Part shown: positions 46,658-57,613 of the stretch, in pieces | How the letters are laid out: the number at the start of each line of letters is the position of its first letter | Position numbering within the stretch: position 1 is the first letter of the stretch | Notes under the pieces: generated by a model | Databases searched by the model: none | Told to the model about the DNA's origin: nothing | What the model saw: only the letters and a program-made list of their open reading frames with translations | Translations under genes and position numbers: made by a program | NCBI GenBank assembly: GCA_016839765.1 | Contig: JAEOTP010000043.1 | Location: 119,655 to 183,654 of the forward strand | From: Promethearchaeota archaeon | GTDB lineage: Archaea > Asgardarchaeota > Lokiarchaeia > Sigyniarchaeales > SOKP01 | Direction of reading: 5' to 3' | DNA: 64,000 nt

Positions 46658-47842
46658 ATGATTGATGAAAAACGTATAAAAGAAAATTTAGAATTATTTT
46701 CATTTCCAAGGTTATCTGGTACTGATGGTGAGAAAAAGGCATTCAACCTGGCTTTAGCAAGAGTAAAAAGTTTAAATTTAACGCCTAATATTCAAATGTT
46801 TACATTTAGTAACTATTTTGCCAGATACTATCCCAAAATTGTTATCTCAATAGGTTTTTTCCTACTTTTATTATTCTATTTAAATATAGCCACCATTATA
46901 TTTCCAATTTTATATTTAATTAGCTTATTTTTCTTAGCTATACACTTTATTTTAGCAAAAAGGCCTCAGAACATTATAATAGGGAAAAAATTGAAGTCTC
47001 AAAATCTATTCATTACTTTATCGTCAAAACCATCAAAAAAAAATTCTAATGACGGCAAAAGTGAAAGTTCTGAAAGAAATTTTCTTTTTTTCTGTCATTT
47101 AGATTCAAAGAGTCAAAAATTGACTATCCTAACTCGTATAAGAGCAGCTAGATCATGGGTTTTTTCATCTCTATCATTATTAATTATTACAATTCTCAAA
47201 AATTATGTTTTAATTCAATTCTCGTTATTATTTTTTATTATAGGGGCTATACCTTTAGCAATTAATGTTTTAGCAACATTATTAATCATTTTAAATACAA
47301 CAAGGAATGAATCTAAAGGAGCAATAGATAATGCGTCTGGTATTGCGTGTGTTATAGAATTGTTAAATTACTACTTAAATACTGATTTTAGATTAAATAA
47401 TTTCAACTTATACTTTGTTTTTAGTGGAGCTGAAGAGTCTGGAACAATGGGAATTCGATATTTTTATCAGAACATTAAGGAACTCGATCGAAATAAGACG
47501 ATCATCTTTAATTTCGACGCGATAGGCAAAAATGTGTACTTCTTCCCTGGAAAACCTATTAAAAAGAATGTTCAAATACTCCTTCAAAAATTTTTAAATA
47601 ATTCAGAAAAGTTTAATATTAAAATAATTTCTAAACGATTTTATATAGGTTCACGTTCTGATGGCTATTTTTTGAAAAAAAGAGGATTTCAAGGGGTTGG
47701 AATTGGAGATATAGAATCTTATAAATTCATTCATTCTACTAATGATACTATAGATAAAATAGATCCTTCAATATTAAAGGATCTTTGTGAAGCAATTATC
47801 ACAATATTAAATGATTATGACACAAGTTTTAATATATCTTAA
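46658..47842 (+). CDS. Membrane-embedded M28 family peptidase
   Basis: HLDS, GAIDNASG, AEESG, NFD, IHS..D; TM insertions. Confidence 0.8.
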   Translation: MIDEKRIKENLELFSFPRLSGTDGEKKAFNLALARVKSLNLTPNIQMFTFSNYFARYYPKIVISIGFFLLLLFYLNIATIIFPILYLISLFFLAIHFILAKRPQNIIIGKKLKSQNLFITLSSKPSKKNSNDGKSESSERNFLFFCHLDSKSQKLTILTRIRAARSWVFSSLSLLIITILKNYVLIQFSLLFFIIGAIPLAINVLATLLIILNTTRNESKGAIDNASGIACVIELLNYYLNTDFRLNNFNLYFVFSGAEESGTMGIRYFYQNIKELDRNKTIIFNFDAIGKNVYFFPGKPIKKNVQILLQKFLNNSEKFNIKIISKRFYIGSRSDGYFLKKRGFQGVGIGDIESYKFIHSTNDTIDKIDPSILKDLCEAIITILNDYDTSFNIS

Positions 47843-47896
47843 GCTTCTTTTGAATTCAGAAGCAACAAATTTAATTAATTTATTTTAGATTTAAAA

Positions 47897-49441
47897 TTGT
47901 TGAAGTATAAGGAATTTAATGAAAAAGAATTAGGCTCGGTTGTAACTCCTCTAAAAACAGCTAATTACATAATATCGAAGCTAGGGATAATAAAATCGTC
48001 TCAAAAGATATTAGATCCATGTGTAGGTCCTGGAGTCTTTATTAGAGCTTTATTGACGTTAGGAGTAGATCAAAATCAAATCTATGCTTATGATATCAAC
48101 CCAGATTATAAAAAGGATATTGAATATTTAGGAATACATTTTGAAGTAAGAGATACACTTTTGACAATAAATTCTAATTCTTTTAATGAGTTTGATTTTA
48201 TAATTGGAAACCCTCCATATTTAAATAAAGCTAGTTCTTATATTCGGAAGAATAAATCGAAATTGAAAGAGCTGTACGGAGATATTAATGCTCATGAAAC
48301 GTATTCTATGTTTATCGTAAATAGTATTTGGAGATTAAAAGAAGGTGGCAAATTAGGCTTTATAACAAGCGATTCATTTTTGACCTTAAGCACACATAAA
48401 AAGCTTAGAAAATTTATCTTGGAAAACTGCTTAATTGATGAAATTTTACTCCCTCCTAAAGATTTATTTTCAAAACAAAGAGTTAGCACAAGTTCCGCCA
48501 TAATAATATTAACAAAATCTATTGGGGAAAAAAATAAAAGAGTTAGAGATAAACATCTAATAAGGGTTGTACCTCGCCTTGAAAATGAAGTACAATACAT
48601 TAAACTAAAACATGTTTTTAATATAATGCAAAAAAAATATTATAGTTTACCCTTTAATATCTTCTTCATAGATATAGAACCTGAAATTATTGATCTATTC
48701 GAAAAGTCTCCTAAATTAGAAGATTACCTTAAAGGATATATTGGAATGCATACTCATAATAATAGAAAATATATTGCAGCAGTCGATGGGACATCGTTAG
48801 CAAATATTTTTGAAAACAGGAATGCTAAAATTTTAGACTCAGATAAAAAATATAAAATAATCTCAAAAATAGAGTTGAACTCCGAAAACTGGAAACCTTA
48901 CTTAAAAAGAGGAGGAGCAGATCAATATTATCGGCCTATAATGGAGGGTCTTATTTGGGATGAAGCCTCAATCCCCATTTATGATATTCCCAAAAATGTG
49001 CCTTTTGAACAGGAGGGGATTGTAATAAGTGGAGTTAGCTCGAGATTGGCAGCTCGATATATGCCAAAAGGGTGTTATTGGGATTCTAATAAAGCAATAG
49101 GTTTCATACTAAAAAATAAAACAATTTCAATACATTACATATTAGGTCTATTGAATAGTTCCTTATATAATTATCTCGCAAAAGGTATTATCAATAACAC
49201 CAACAGCATTCAAATTACCGGGGTTCACTCATTACCGATAATTCCTCCTGATATAAACATAAAAGAATTAGTCGAAAGTCTTGTAGATATAATTATTAGA
49301 AATAAAATGAAAAATTTGAATTTTCAATTTAAAAGTCAACAAAAAGAAATTGATAATTTGATTTTTAATTTTTATTCTCAAAAGTTTCATTTTCCAGAAG
49401 CTTTAAAGGAAAAATTAGATAAGAATTATTCTATTTATTAG
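47897..49441 (+). CDS. N6-adenine DNA methyltransferase (gamma class, TaqI/Eco57I-like), orphan
   Basis: ILDPCVGPGVF, IIGNPPY, LGFITSDSFL, YILGLLNS. Confidence 0.85.
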   Translation: MLKYKEFNEKELGSVVTPLKTANYIISKLGIIKSSQKILDPCVGPGVFIRALLTLGVDQNQIYAYDINPDYKKDIEYLGIHFEVRDTLLTINSNSFNEFDFIIGNPPYLNKASSYIRKNKSKLKELYGDINAHETYSMFIVNSIWRLKEGGKLGFITSDSFLTLSTHKKLRKFILENCLIDEILLPPKDLFSKQRVSTSSAIIILTKSIGEKNKRVRDKHLIRVVPRLENEVQYIKLKHVFNIMQKKYYSLPFNIFFIDIEPEIIDLFEKSPKLEDYLKGYIGMHTHNNRKYIAAVDGTSLANIFENRNAKILDSDKKYKIISKIELNSENWKPYLKRGGADQYYRPIMEGLIWDEASIPIYDIPKNVPFEQEGIVISGVSSRLAARYMPKGCYWDSNKAIGFILKNKTISIHYILGLLNSSLYNYLAKGIINNTNSIQITGVHSLPIIPPDINIKELVESLVDIIIRNKMKNLNFQFKSQQKEIDNLIFNFYSQKFHFPEALKEKLDKNYSIY

Positions 49442-50730
49442 CACAATAGATACTTTTTCAGTTCCCAGCTTGTTTCATTTCCAGCCTTTTGTGCCTTTTT
49501 ATATTCCTCAAGTTCATTTTGTTTTAAATTTAAAAATACTTTTTTTAATTCTTTTCCTAAAACTTTTTCAATGAAATTACTTTTTTTAAAAGCCGTTAAA
49601 GATTGATCAAAACTACGTGGTAATTCTGTCACTCCTAATTTTATTCTTTCTTCTGTAGTTAATTGATCTATATTTGTGTTAATAGGATCTTTTGGTTCAA
49701 TTTTGTTTTTAATCCCATCTAGACCTGCTGCAAGTAAAAGAGCAGTTCCAAGATATATATTCATCGCAGCATCTCCTGCACGATATTCTACTTTTGCTGA
49801 TTTTTCATATCCAGGAACTCTGATTAAAGCGGTTCTATTGCCTATACCCCATGTATCATAAACTGGAGCCTCATTGTTAGGTATAAGTCTTTTATATGAA
49901 TTTGTAGTAGGATTTAAAATAGCTGAAATAGAATCAAGGCGCTTTTGTATTCCTCCAATATAATATCTAAGAAAATTGCTAATACCTTTTTCTTCATCAG
50001 TAAAAATATTTCTGTCATCTTTAGTAAGATATTGATGAATGTGTAATCCACTCCCTGCTTCTGATGAAATTGGCTTAGGCATAAAAGTTGCAATTAAATC
50101 ATCATAAAAAGTCTCAGTTTTCACAATCATTTTTGCAGTTTGAACATTATCAGCTTGATAGAGAGCATTATACGGTAATAACTCGATTTCATGTTGTCCA
50201 GTACCAACCTCATGATGTATTGTTTTAAGTCCAATTCCCATTTCCATCATACTGTCAGAAATTTGACGCCTTAATTCATGCAGTTTATCAGAGGGTGGTA
50301 TATCCATATAGGATCCATTATCAGCGGGTCTTAAGTCGTTTGTTAAAAAATACCATTCTAATTCTGGTCGTGTTAAAAACTCATATCCTAAAGATTTTGC
50401 CTTGTTTAATTGAGATTTTAATATACCACGTGGACATAACGAATAAGCATTTCCATTATTATCTGTAATATCACAAATAAACCTCCCTATTCTATTATTC
50501 CAAGGAATAATTGCAAAAGTGTTTAAATCTGGTACTATTTTCATATCACTCTGCTCTGTCTTTAGAAATCCTAAGCTTGAACCATCGATACCCGTACCTT
50601 CTCCCATGTCCTCCCAAATTTTTGCAGGAAATTCAACTTCCTTAAATTCACCAAGAATCGAGGTAAATTGAAATTGAACATAATCTATCCCCTTCTCTTC
50701 AAACAATTTAGTAAAATCAGTCATAACCAT
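49438..50730 (-). CDS. glnA: Glutamine synthetase type I family
   Basis: IDGSS, PELEW, HHEVGTGQHE, FMPKP, GSGLHIH, NSYKRL, NRTALIRVP. Confidence 0.8.
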   Translation of the reverse strand: MVMTDFTKLFEEKGIDYVQFQFTSILGEFKEVEFPAKIWEDMGEGTGIDGSSLGFLKTEQSDMKIVPDLNTFAIIPWNNRIGRFICDITDNNGNAYSLCPRGILKSQLNKAKSLGYEFLTRPELEWYFLTNDLRPADNGSYMDIPPSDKLHELRRQISDSMMEMGIGLKTIHHEVGTGQHEIELLPYNALYQADNVQTAKMIVKTETFYDDLIATFMPKPISSEAGSGLHIHQYLTKDDRNIFTDEEKGISNFLRYYIGGIQKRLDSISAILNPTTNSYKRLIPNNEAPVYDTWGIGNRTALIRVPGYEKSAKVEYRAGDAAMNIYLGTALLLAAGLDGIKNKIEPKDPINTNIDQLTTEERIKLGVTELPRSFDQSLTAFKKSNFIEKVLGKELKKVFLNLKQNELEEYKKAQKAGNETSWELKKYLLC

Positions 50731-50775
50731 TAAATAAAAATATTGAAAAGTAAGAAATAAAAAAGAGTAATAAGA

Positions 50776-52611
50776 TTAAAGTTTTTCCCCTTTAATTTCA
50801 TCCTCATACTTTTTTCTTCGATCCTTTAAGTATTCTGGTATGGGGACATCCCACCAGCCAACGGCGGGACTACCAGTAAATGGAAATTCTCTCTGTACCT
50901 CAATTTCTATAACAACTGGCTTGTTGGACTTAGTAGCTTGCTCTAAAGCGGGAATTATTTCATCCTTTTTAGATATTTTTTCTGCATAACAACCAAATGC
51001 TTCACCAATTTTTGCGAAGTCGGGACTGTAGCTATTACCATCTTTATCTTCAAATGCGGTCCCATACCCGCGATCTACTCCAAAAGCAGCTTGTTGTAAA
51101 TCTTTTATAGCTATCCAGCCATGATTATTTAACACAATAAAGAAGATATTAGTTAAACCTAGTTGCACAGCAACAGAAAGTTCCGAGATTGTCATCATAA
51201 AATCTCCATCACCAACAAGCGCTACAACCTGACGATCTGGTTTTCCAATATCTATAGAACCTAATTTAGCGCCTATTGCGGCGGGAATAGAATATCCCAT
51301 TGTTGAAAATCCTCCCGCTGTTAAGCATGTTCTTGGTTCATAAAACTCTAACTCTTGAAGCATTTGAGCTTGGACATTTCCAGAGCTCATAACTATTACA
51401 GCATCTCTTTCAAAGAACTTTCTTATTTCCCTAATCACTGTGGAAATCATGACTGGAACTTTGGAGTCATCTCGATGTTTATCAAGAAACTCAAACCACT
51501 TTTTCTTTTCTTCTTGCATTTCTTTATAATAATCGGATTTCTCATAATTTCTTGAAAAGTCCTCGTGATTTAATTCTTCTATGATCTGTTTTAAGCAAGC
51601 CTTAGCATCTCCATAGATTCCAACTGTTATAGGGTAGTTTTTTCCAATTTCATGAGGATCTAAATCAATTTGTATTAATTTTGTAGGCGGAATTGAAAAA
51701 CTTACACCCTCCTTATACGAACTGGCAGTCTCATCTGCAAACCTACACCCAACAGCAAGAAGTACATCAGCTTCAGAAGTCATTTTTAGCCCTACAGTTG
51801 TACCTTTACTTCCCGCACTCCAACAAAAGAGAGGATGATCATTTGGAAAGGCGTCTTTTCCCATCATTGTGACAACGACAGCGGCTCCAATCTTTTCTGC
51901 TAATATTTTAATTTCTTCAGTTGCATTAGAAGTAATAGCACCTCCCCCTAAAAATAAGACGGGTCTTCTAGCTTCTTTTAGCAATTGTACGGCTTCTTTA
52001 ATTAAAGTTGGATCACCTAAGATCTTTCCCGTTGGCCTTCTTTTTAATGGTTCTGGAATTTCTGTGTCAATAGCAGACGCTTGCGCATCCATTGGAAGAT
52101 CAATATGCACAGGTCCCCTTCTGCCCGCCATCATTTGATTAAACGCTCTTTGGATTATTGAAGGGATATGGCCAACAACATCAACTTGATAACTACGTTT
52201 TACTATTGGTTCAAGTATTCGAGGCATATCTGAGTCTCTTTTGCGCTCAATTTCTTGAAGTACTCCTTTTCCACGCATGTGGGTATGTGTATCTCCTGTA
52301 ATAACTAAAACAGGCATGCTATCCACGTAAGCATCAGCAACTCCAATAGCAGTATTAATTGCTCCTGGCCCAATTGATGTAAAAACAACAAGGGGTTCTT
52401 GAGTTATTCTATAGTATCCTACAGCCATATGAACAGCTGACATTTCCTGTTTTGGTTGAATTAAGGTGAGGTTATCTTTCTCCTTGAAGAAACTATCAAC
52501 TAAAGGCAGATTTCCATGTCCAGGGATTCCTATAACATATTTTATACCTTCTTTTATTAAATATCTTGTAATTATCTCACTTCCAGTGTATCTAGGCATT
52601 TTAAATACCAC
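50776..52611 (-). CDS. Thiamine-diphosphate enzyme, acetolactate synthase / IolD-like
   Basis: GIPGHGN, SIGPGAIN, FSTMGYSIPAAIG, GDGDFMM...NN. Confidence 0.82.
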   Translation of the reverse strand: MVFKMPRYTGSEIITRYLIKEGIKYVIGIPGHGNLPLVDSFFKEKDNLTLIQPKQEMSAVHMAVGYYRITQEPLVVFTSIGPGAINTAIGVADAYVDSMPVLVITGDTHTHMRGKGVLQEIERKRDSDMPRILEPIVKRSYQVDVVGHIPSIIQRAFNQMMAGRRGPVHIDLPMDAQASAIDTEIPEPLKRRPTGKILGDPTLIKEAVQLLKEARRPVLFLGGGAITSNATEEIKILAEKIGAAVVVTMMGKDAFPNDHPLFCWSAGSKGTTVGLKMTSEADVLLAVGCRFADETASSYKEGVSFSIPPTKLIQIDLDPHEIGKNYPITVGIYGDAKACLKQIIEELNHEDFSRNYEKSDYYKEMQEEKKKWFEFLDKHRDDSKVPVMISTVIREIRKFFERDAVIVMSSGNVQAQMLQELEFYEPRTCLTAGGFSTMGYSIPAAIGAKLGSIDIGKPDRQVVALVGDGDFMMTISELSVAVQLGLTNIFFIVLNNHGWIAIKDLQQAAFGVDRGYGTAFEDKDGNSYSPDFAKIGEAFGCYAEKISKKDEIIPALEQATKSNKPVVIEIEVQREFPFTGSPAVGWWDVPIPEYLKDRRKKYEDEIKGEKL

Positions 52612-52751
52612 TCTACATGTAGTTTTTTATTTTATATAATTTGTTAAATAAGAAATAGATTTATGTTTGGTTACCGATATTAATCTTTAACTGATAAGGC
52701 AAAGAAGTTTCTTTAAAAATTTATTCTAAAAAAGATAAAAGAAAGATTACA

Positions 52752-53531
52752 CTATACTATTTTTGCGAAAATCTGTTTTGCTTCTTGATAGGATTGATTA
52801 TTTTCGGATAATTTGAGTAAATTACCTCCCGTAAGATTTACTTCACCAATTTCATCGTTATTTGAAATAAATCCTAGTAATTTTACATTATCTTTGTTCA
52901 AACTTTCTACTTCCTTTTTTAAAATTTCTCTTAAATTTTTGGGGAATCTGTTACCTAAAATCCAAATATTCTCAAATTTCAATTCCACTTCATCTGAAAT
53001 CTCAAGGATGCGTTTCATGGTATGAATACCCATTTTACTGGGATCTGTTACTATTACTAAATCAGTTACATCTCGACCTGTTTTTCTGGCAAAATGTTCC
53101 AACCCTGCGGGTGAATCAAGTAACGTTATATCATAATTTTTAGATAATGTGTCTATACAATTCTTAAGAACAGAATTAATATAACAGTAGCAACCTTCAC
53201 CCTCCTGCCGTCCCATTTCTAAGAGGTCAAATCTATCCATTTCAATCAAACACCGATAGACATCTCCCTCGATAATTTGATTCTTAGGGACATCCAACGG
53301 AAGTTGGCGCTTCTGAATCTTTTCTTTTAACACTCTCATCTTGCCCCCGATGGTTTCCCCAAAACTAATTTCTTTCCCTATCACATCTGCAACATTTGCA
53401 TCAGGATCAGAATCGATTACTAAAATATCCTTCAAATCTTCTTTAGTTTCAAGAAGATATTTCAAGAAAAGGGCAAGATTTGTTGTTTTCCCTACCCCTC
53501 CTTTTCCTGCAAATGCAATTATTTTCTTCAT
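52752..53531 (-). CDS. cooC: CooC-type nickel-insertion ATPase
   Basis: GKGGVGKT, DSDPD, EGEGCYC, AGLEHF. Confidence 0.85.
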   Translation of the reverse strand: MKKIIAFAGKGGVGKTTNLALFLKYLLETKEDLKDILVIDSDPDANVADVIGKEISFGETIGGKMRVLKEKIQKRQLPLDVPKNQIIEGDVYRCLIEMDRFDLLEMGRQEGEGCYCYINSVLKNCIDTLSKNYDITLLDSPAGLEHFARKTGRDVTDLVIVTDPSKMGIHTMKRILEISDEVELKFENIWILGNRFPKNLREILKKEVESLNKDNVKLLGFISNNDEIGEVNLTGGNLLKLSENNQSYQEAKQIFAKIV

Positions 53532-53690
53532 TATATTTTGATTTATTTATGTAATTATTCTTATATAAAAAAAATTGAAGAATAGTTAAAAATTTGTCCT
53601 ACATAATCTAAAAAGGAATAAAGCTCAAGGCAAAATAATGTAAAATTAAGAACTATAAACAGTTAATAATTAATAAATGGTTATAAGAGG

Positions 53691-54497
53691 TTAAGATTTT
53701 TCTTGACGATAAACTGGTACAATTTTCGAAGTGAAGTCTTCAAGGGTATAAGAAAATTCATCCTCTCCTGAAATTTTACCTAATTCCAGCAAAATTTGTC
53801 TTGCTAATAGCCAAAATGCTAACCCTAGAGCTTTCTTACCACGGTTATTTGCTGGAACTGCGAGATCAATACCATTGAGTACATCATCGGTATCAAATAA
53901 TGCTACAACAGGAATACGTGCTAATTTTGCTTCTCGAAGGATTACTTTATCTGCATGGGGATCAACAATCACTACGACTGAAGCATCTTTTATATAATCA
54001 TCAATTTGAGGATTAGTAAGAGAACCAGGTATAAATCTATTAACAATTGCCTTGCATCCTAAAGCTTCACAAAATTTTCGAACTGGTTCTTTACCATATC
54101 TCCTAACAGACGATACGATAACCCGATCGCTTCCTTCCTCGATGTATTTACTTAGAAATTTAGCTGCAATTTTTAATCGGGAATCAGTTTTTGTTAAATC
54201 AATAACATAAAGTCCATAATTAGTCTGTCTGTAAATAAACCTCCTTGCATCCCCTGATAATAGTTTAGTACCAATATGTATCCCACAACTTAAGTATAAT
54301 TGTTTCTGTTCTTCATCTTTGTCAATAATCTTTTTTACCGCTTCAGCTTCCTCCTCAATACTTTCTGTATCTAGCAGATCAAGTTCTTCTACCAAATCGA
54401 GATCATCTTCGAAATCCTCTTCAAAGTTAAAAATTTCTTTTTTTTCCTTTTCTTCGGTTTTTTTAGGAGCATCGGTTTTTTTCTTCTTTTTAGCCAA
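53691..54497 (-). CDS. rps2: 30S ribosomal protein uS2 with charged N-terminal extension
   Basis: GIHIGT, RFIPGSLTNP, PANNRGKKAL. Confidence 0.95.
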   Translation of the reverse strand: MAKKKKKTDAPKKTEEKEKKEIFNFEEDFEDDLDLVEELDLLDTESIEEEAEAVKKIIDKDEEQKQLYLSCGIHIGTKLLSGDARRFIYRQTNYGLYVIDLTKTDSRLKIAAKFLSKYIEEGSDRVIVSSVRRYGKEPVRKFCEALGCKAIVNRFIPGSLTNPQIDDYIKDASVVVIVDPHADKVILREAKLARIPVVALFDTDDVLNGIDLAVPANNRGKKALGLAFWLLARQILLELGKISGEDEFSYTLEDFTSKIVPVYRQEKS

Positions 54498-54694
54498 GGT
54501 ATAACCCTAAATTAATAAGTTAATTTAATAATCTTAAATATATTAAATAAAATACCATAATTTTAATATTTTATTAAAAGAAGTCAACTACTTGCTTTAG
54601 AACTAAAGAGTTAAAACGTGATATTAATTTTTATTTATAATAAATTTTGTTTATTTTAAATACAAAACAAATTCTATTTATTATGGTTTAGACT

Positions 54695-55183
54695 ATGGTA
54701 TCATACCGATTGGTAATTGGGATCATTGTTGGGGTAGTTTTCAGCTTTTTTACTGTGTTTTTCTTTAATATGCATAGTATTTTTGAAGTCATTCGAACTA
54801 CTGCAGAATCGGATTTTTTGAAATTAGTTACATTATTAATTGGAGCAAATTTTAAATTTGACATTATTTCATTCTTCACTGGAACCCCCTCTTTTGCAGA
54901 CTTTTTTGCTTCACAACTTCTAGCAATGATCTTTATTGGATTTTTAAGTGGGTCTATTTCAAAAGGATTAAGAAGAGGTTTGATTGCTAGTGCTTTAGTA
55001 ATTGTGGTCAATCTATTAATTTGGATGTTACTTAGTGTAATAGGTGGAGAGGATCTAATGGCATTATTTCAAGGTCCTCAATTAGTTTCAACCATAGGAG
55101 GAATTCTTACTGCTATTATTGGAGCTCTCTTAGGTGGTCTTCTTGGAGGCTTAATAAGTGGCCCGTATGAGGAAGTATATTAA
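54695..55183 (+). CDS. Gly-rich multi-TM membrane protein
   Basis: Four hydrophobic segments with GxxxG motifs. Confidence 0.75.
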   Translation: MVSYRLVIGIIVGVVFSFFTVFFFNMHSIFEVIRTTAESDFLKLVTLLIGANFKFDIISFFTGTPSFADFFASQLLAMIFIGFLSGSISKGLRRGLIASALVIVVNLLIWMLLSVIGGEDLMALFQGPQLVSTIGGILTAIIGALLGGLLGGLISGPYEEVY

Positions 55184-55336
55184 AATAAAGATATTTTAAT
55201 CCTTTTTTATTATTAAGAAAGTTTATTTATTTCATTTTACAAGCCAATTTTTATTTATTTTTGGATATTTAATAAAGAAGTCATTAATTCAGCATTTGAC
55301 TAAACCTTAAAGCTTATTTTTAATTTATAAAAAATA

Positions 55337-55870
55337 ATGGTTGATAATCAGACATTACCATCTAGGGAATTTGCGTTTGATTTATTAAAGAAAATGAAAG
55401 TCCCATATCATGTGCGGCGTCATTCTCTTAAAGTTGCTGAAAAGGCATTAGCTATCGCTGAAAAGATAACTAAAATGAAAATAAACCTTAATCTAATTGA
55501 AATAGGAGCATTATTACACGATATTGGCCGATCAAAAACACATGGATTTAAACATGCATTAATAGGTGGTAAAATAATAAGAGAACGTGGTTTTTCTGAG
55601 AAGCTGGCGAGAATTTGCGAAACTCATATTTTAGGTGGGCTAGATAAAGAAGATGCTAAGGCAGTTGGTCTTCCTGAAAGAGATTTTTTACCCAATTCTA
55701 TAGAAGAAAAAATTATTTGTTTAGCTGATAAACATATGGCTGGAACTCGCGATGTTTCAATTGAGCAAAGGTTTAGTAGGTGGTTCTTGAAATATGGTAG
55801 GACAAAAATACTTCTAAAATCAAAAAAAAGAATTGAAAATATTCAAAAAGAAATACAAAATTTAATGTAA
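55337..55870 (+). CDS. HD-domain (HDIG) phosphohydrolase
   Basis: RHS, ALLHDIGRS, EEKIICLADK. Confidence 0.88.
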   Translation: MVDNQTLPSREFAFDLLKKMKVPYHVRRHSLKVAEKALAIAEKITKMKINLNLIEIGALLHDIGRSKTHGFKHALIGGKIIRERGFSEKLARICETHILGGLDKEDAKAVGLPERDFLPNSIEEKIICLADKHMAGTRDVSIEQRFSRWFLKYGRTKILLKSKKRIENIQKEIQNLM

Positions 55871-55987
55871 TTTATACGTTTAAAATAATTCCTTCTTCTT
55901 TTAGTATTTCTATGAAAAAATCTGTTAATTATTTGATAAAATTTTGTAATCATCATTTGGAAATATCCAAATATTAATAAAAATTTA

Positions 55988-56614
55988 TCATTTATGATTT
56001 TTAATTATAAATCCTTTTTCTTTTAATTTATCTAGCACAATTTCTTGAATTTTTTGCTGTACAAATTCAATTATGTCATTGGTATTGATAATAAAATAAT
56101 CTTCTTCCTTAGCTCGTGAAAGATAAAGATTTCTGACCTTATCTAAAAAAGAAATATATTCAAATTTTTCTAAGTTCTCTGAAGTTTTTCTTGCTAATGA
56201 GATTTTAGGGTCAATATCTAATATAATTGTTAAATCTGCTTTTCCTGCAAACTTATTAATGATTTTTACCCAATCAATAGAAATTTCATCCGATTGTAAA
56301 GATTGATACACTATGGAAGATTCAATATACCTATCAGAAATAACAATATAACCTTCAGACAATTTCTCCTTAATCTCATTCTGATAATGAAAATCCCTAT
56401 CAGCCGCAAATAGTAACGCATCTGTAGTAGGAGGCACATTTCTATCTTTTAAGTATTTTCTGACCAGTTTTCCTATATCACTTTCAGATGGTTCCACAGT
56501 TAAATGAACTTTGAAACCTTTGCTTTCTAAAAATCCTTTAAGGAGGTTACTGTGAGTGCTTGTACCGGATCCATCAATACCTTCTAATACTAAAAAGAAA
56601 GATTTTTGAGCCAA
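55988..56614 (-). CDS. tmk: Thymidylate kinase
   Basis: EGIDGSGTST, LLFAADR, ISDRY..SS..YQ. Confidence 0.92.
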   Translation of the reverse strand: MAQKSFFLVLEGIDGSGTSTHSNLLKGFLESKGFKVHLTVEPSESDIGKLVRKYLKDRNVPPTTDALLFAADRDFHYQNEIKEKLSEGYIVISDRYIESSIVYQSLQSDEISIDWVKIINKFAGKADLTIILDIDPKISLARKTSENLEKFEYISFLDKVRNLYLSRAKEEDYFIINTNDIIEFVQQKIQEIVLDKLKEKGFIIKNHK

Positions 56615-56809
56615 CTTAATCTATAATGATATTAGTTATTTAATAAAAAAAATTGTAAAACGTTCCTTAAATTATTAATTATTTTTTCATTACTTTCTTC
56701 GATTGATTTTAGTCTAAATTCTGGATTTTAATGTAAAATAATTAGAATTATATTAAAAAAGTCATATTTATTACTTAAATCCTAAGTCTATTCTTATTTA
56801 AGACAAATT

Positions 56810-57133
56810 ATGACTCAAATAAGTTATTGTCCAATTTGCAGAAAAAATGTAATGACTAATAGAGGAAAATTTAGCTACTTGTTAGCTTTTCTTTTGGCAC
56901 TTACGGGTATTGGTCTAATTATTTATATTTTACATTATATTGATCGAAAACCTAATCATTGTGTTCATTGCGGCACAGTTTGTCAAGTTCCTAAATTAGA
57001 AAATCAAATTGAACATGAAGTATATCAAAAAGAATCAATAGTTACTAAAAAAATAAATTATTGTCCATATTGTGGTGAACAATTAGAAAGGGAATATGCT
57101 AAATTTTGTTATAAATGTGGCTCAAAAATATAA
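56810..57133 (+). CDS. LITAF-like zinc-finger membrane protein with C-terminal zinc ribbon
   Basis: CPICRKNVMT, hydrophobic stretch, NHCVHCG; then CPYC...CYKC. Confidence 0.7.
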   Translation: MTQISYCPICRKNVMTNRGKFSYLLAFLLALTGIGLIIYILHYIDRKPNHCVHCGTVCQVPKLENQIEHEVYQKESIVTKKINYCPYCGEQLEREYAKFCYKCGSKI

Positions 57134-57159
57134 GAATATAAAAACAATTTTATTTTTTA

Positions 57160-57414
57160 TTATTGTTTAGTTAAATATATTTGATGATTCGATAGATAAA
57201 GCTTACATCTTATACTAAAAATATTTTTTTCATGGATGGAATAAACATTATTTTCTTTTTCCTTACGTAGATGATTTTTTGTTTTTGATAAGATTTCGAT
57301 TACTCTAAAATAAATACGATCATTTTCAAGCCAGATTTTATCAACTAACAAATTAAGATCTACATGAGCTTCTTGGTTATATACCTGAAATGATTTTAGC
57401 TTTTCCGTTTTCAA
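57160..57414 (-). CDS. Hypothetical protein
   Basis: 84-aa ORF with a TTG start next to GAGGAG; no recognisable motif. Confidence 0.5.
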   Translation of the reverse strand: MKTEKLKSFQVYNQEAHVDLNLLVDKIWLENDRIYFRVIEILSKTKNHLRKEKENNVYSIHEKNIFSIRCKLYLSNHQIYLTKQ

Positions 57415-57613
57415 CTCCTCAAAATTGATCTACATAGGAAAGTATAAAATTAATTATAATAACTACACTTTTTCTAAAAATAAAAAGTTAGATAAACGAG
57501 CAGAATTGAATTTTAAATTTTTTAGGTTAAAAACTGGACTAAAAATTTTTTTTATATTACTATTGGTATTCATTATTTAACTGATATAACTAAATAAAAA
57601 TGAATGAAAAATA

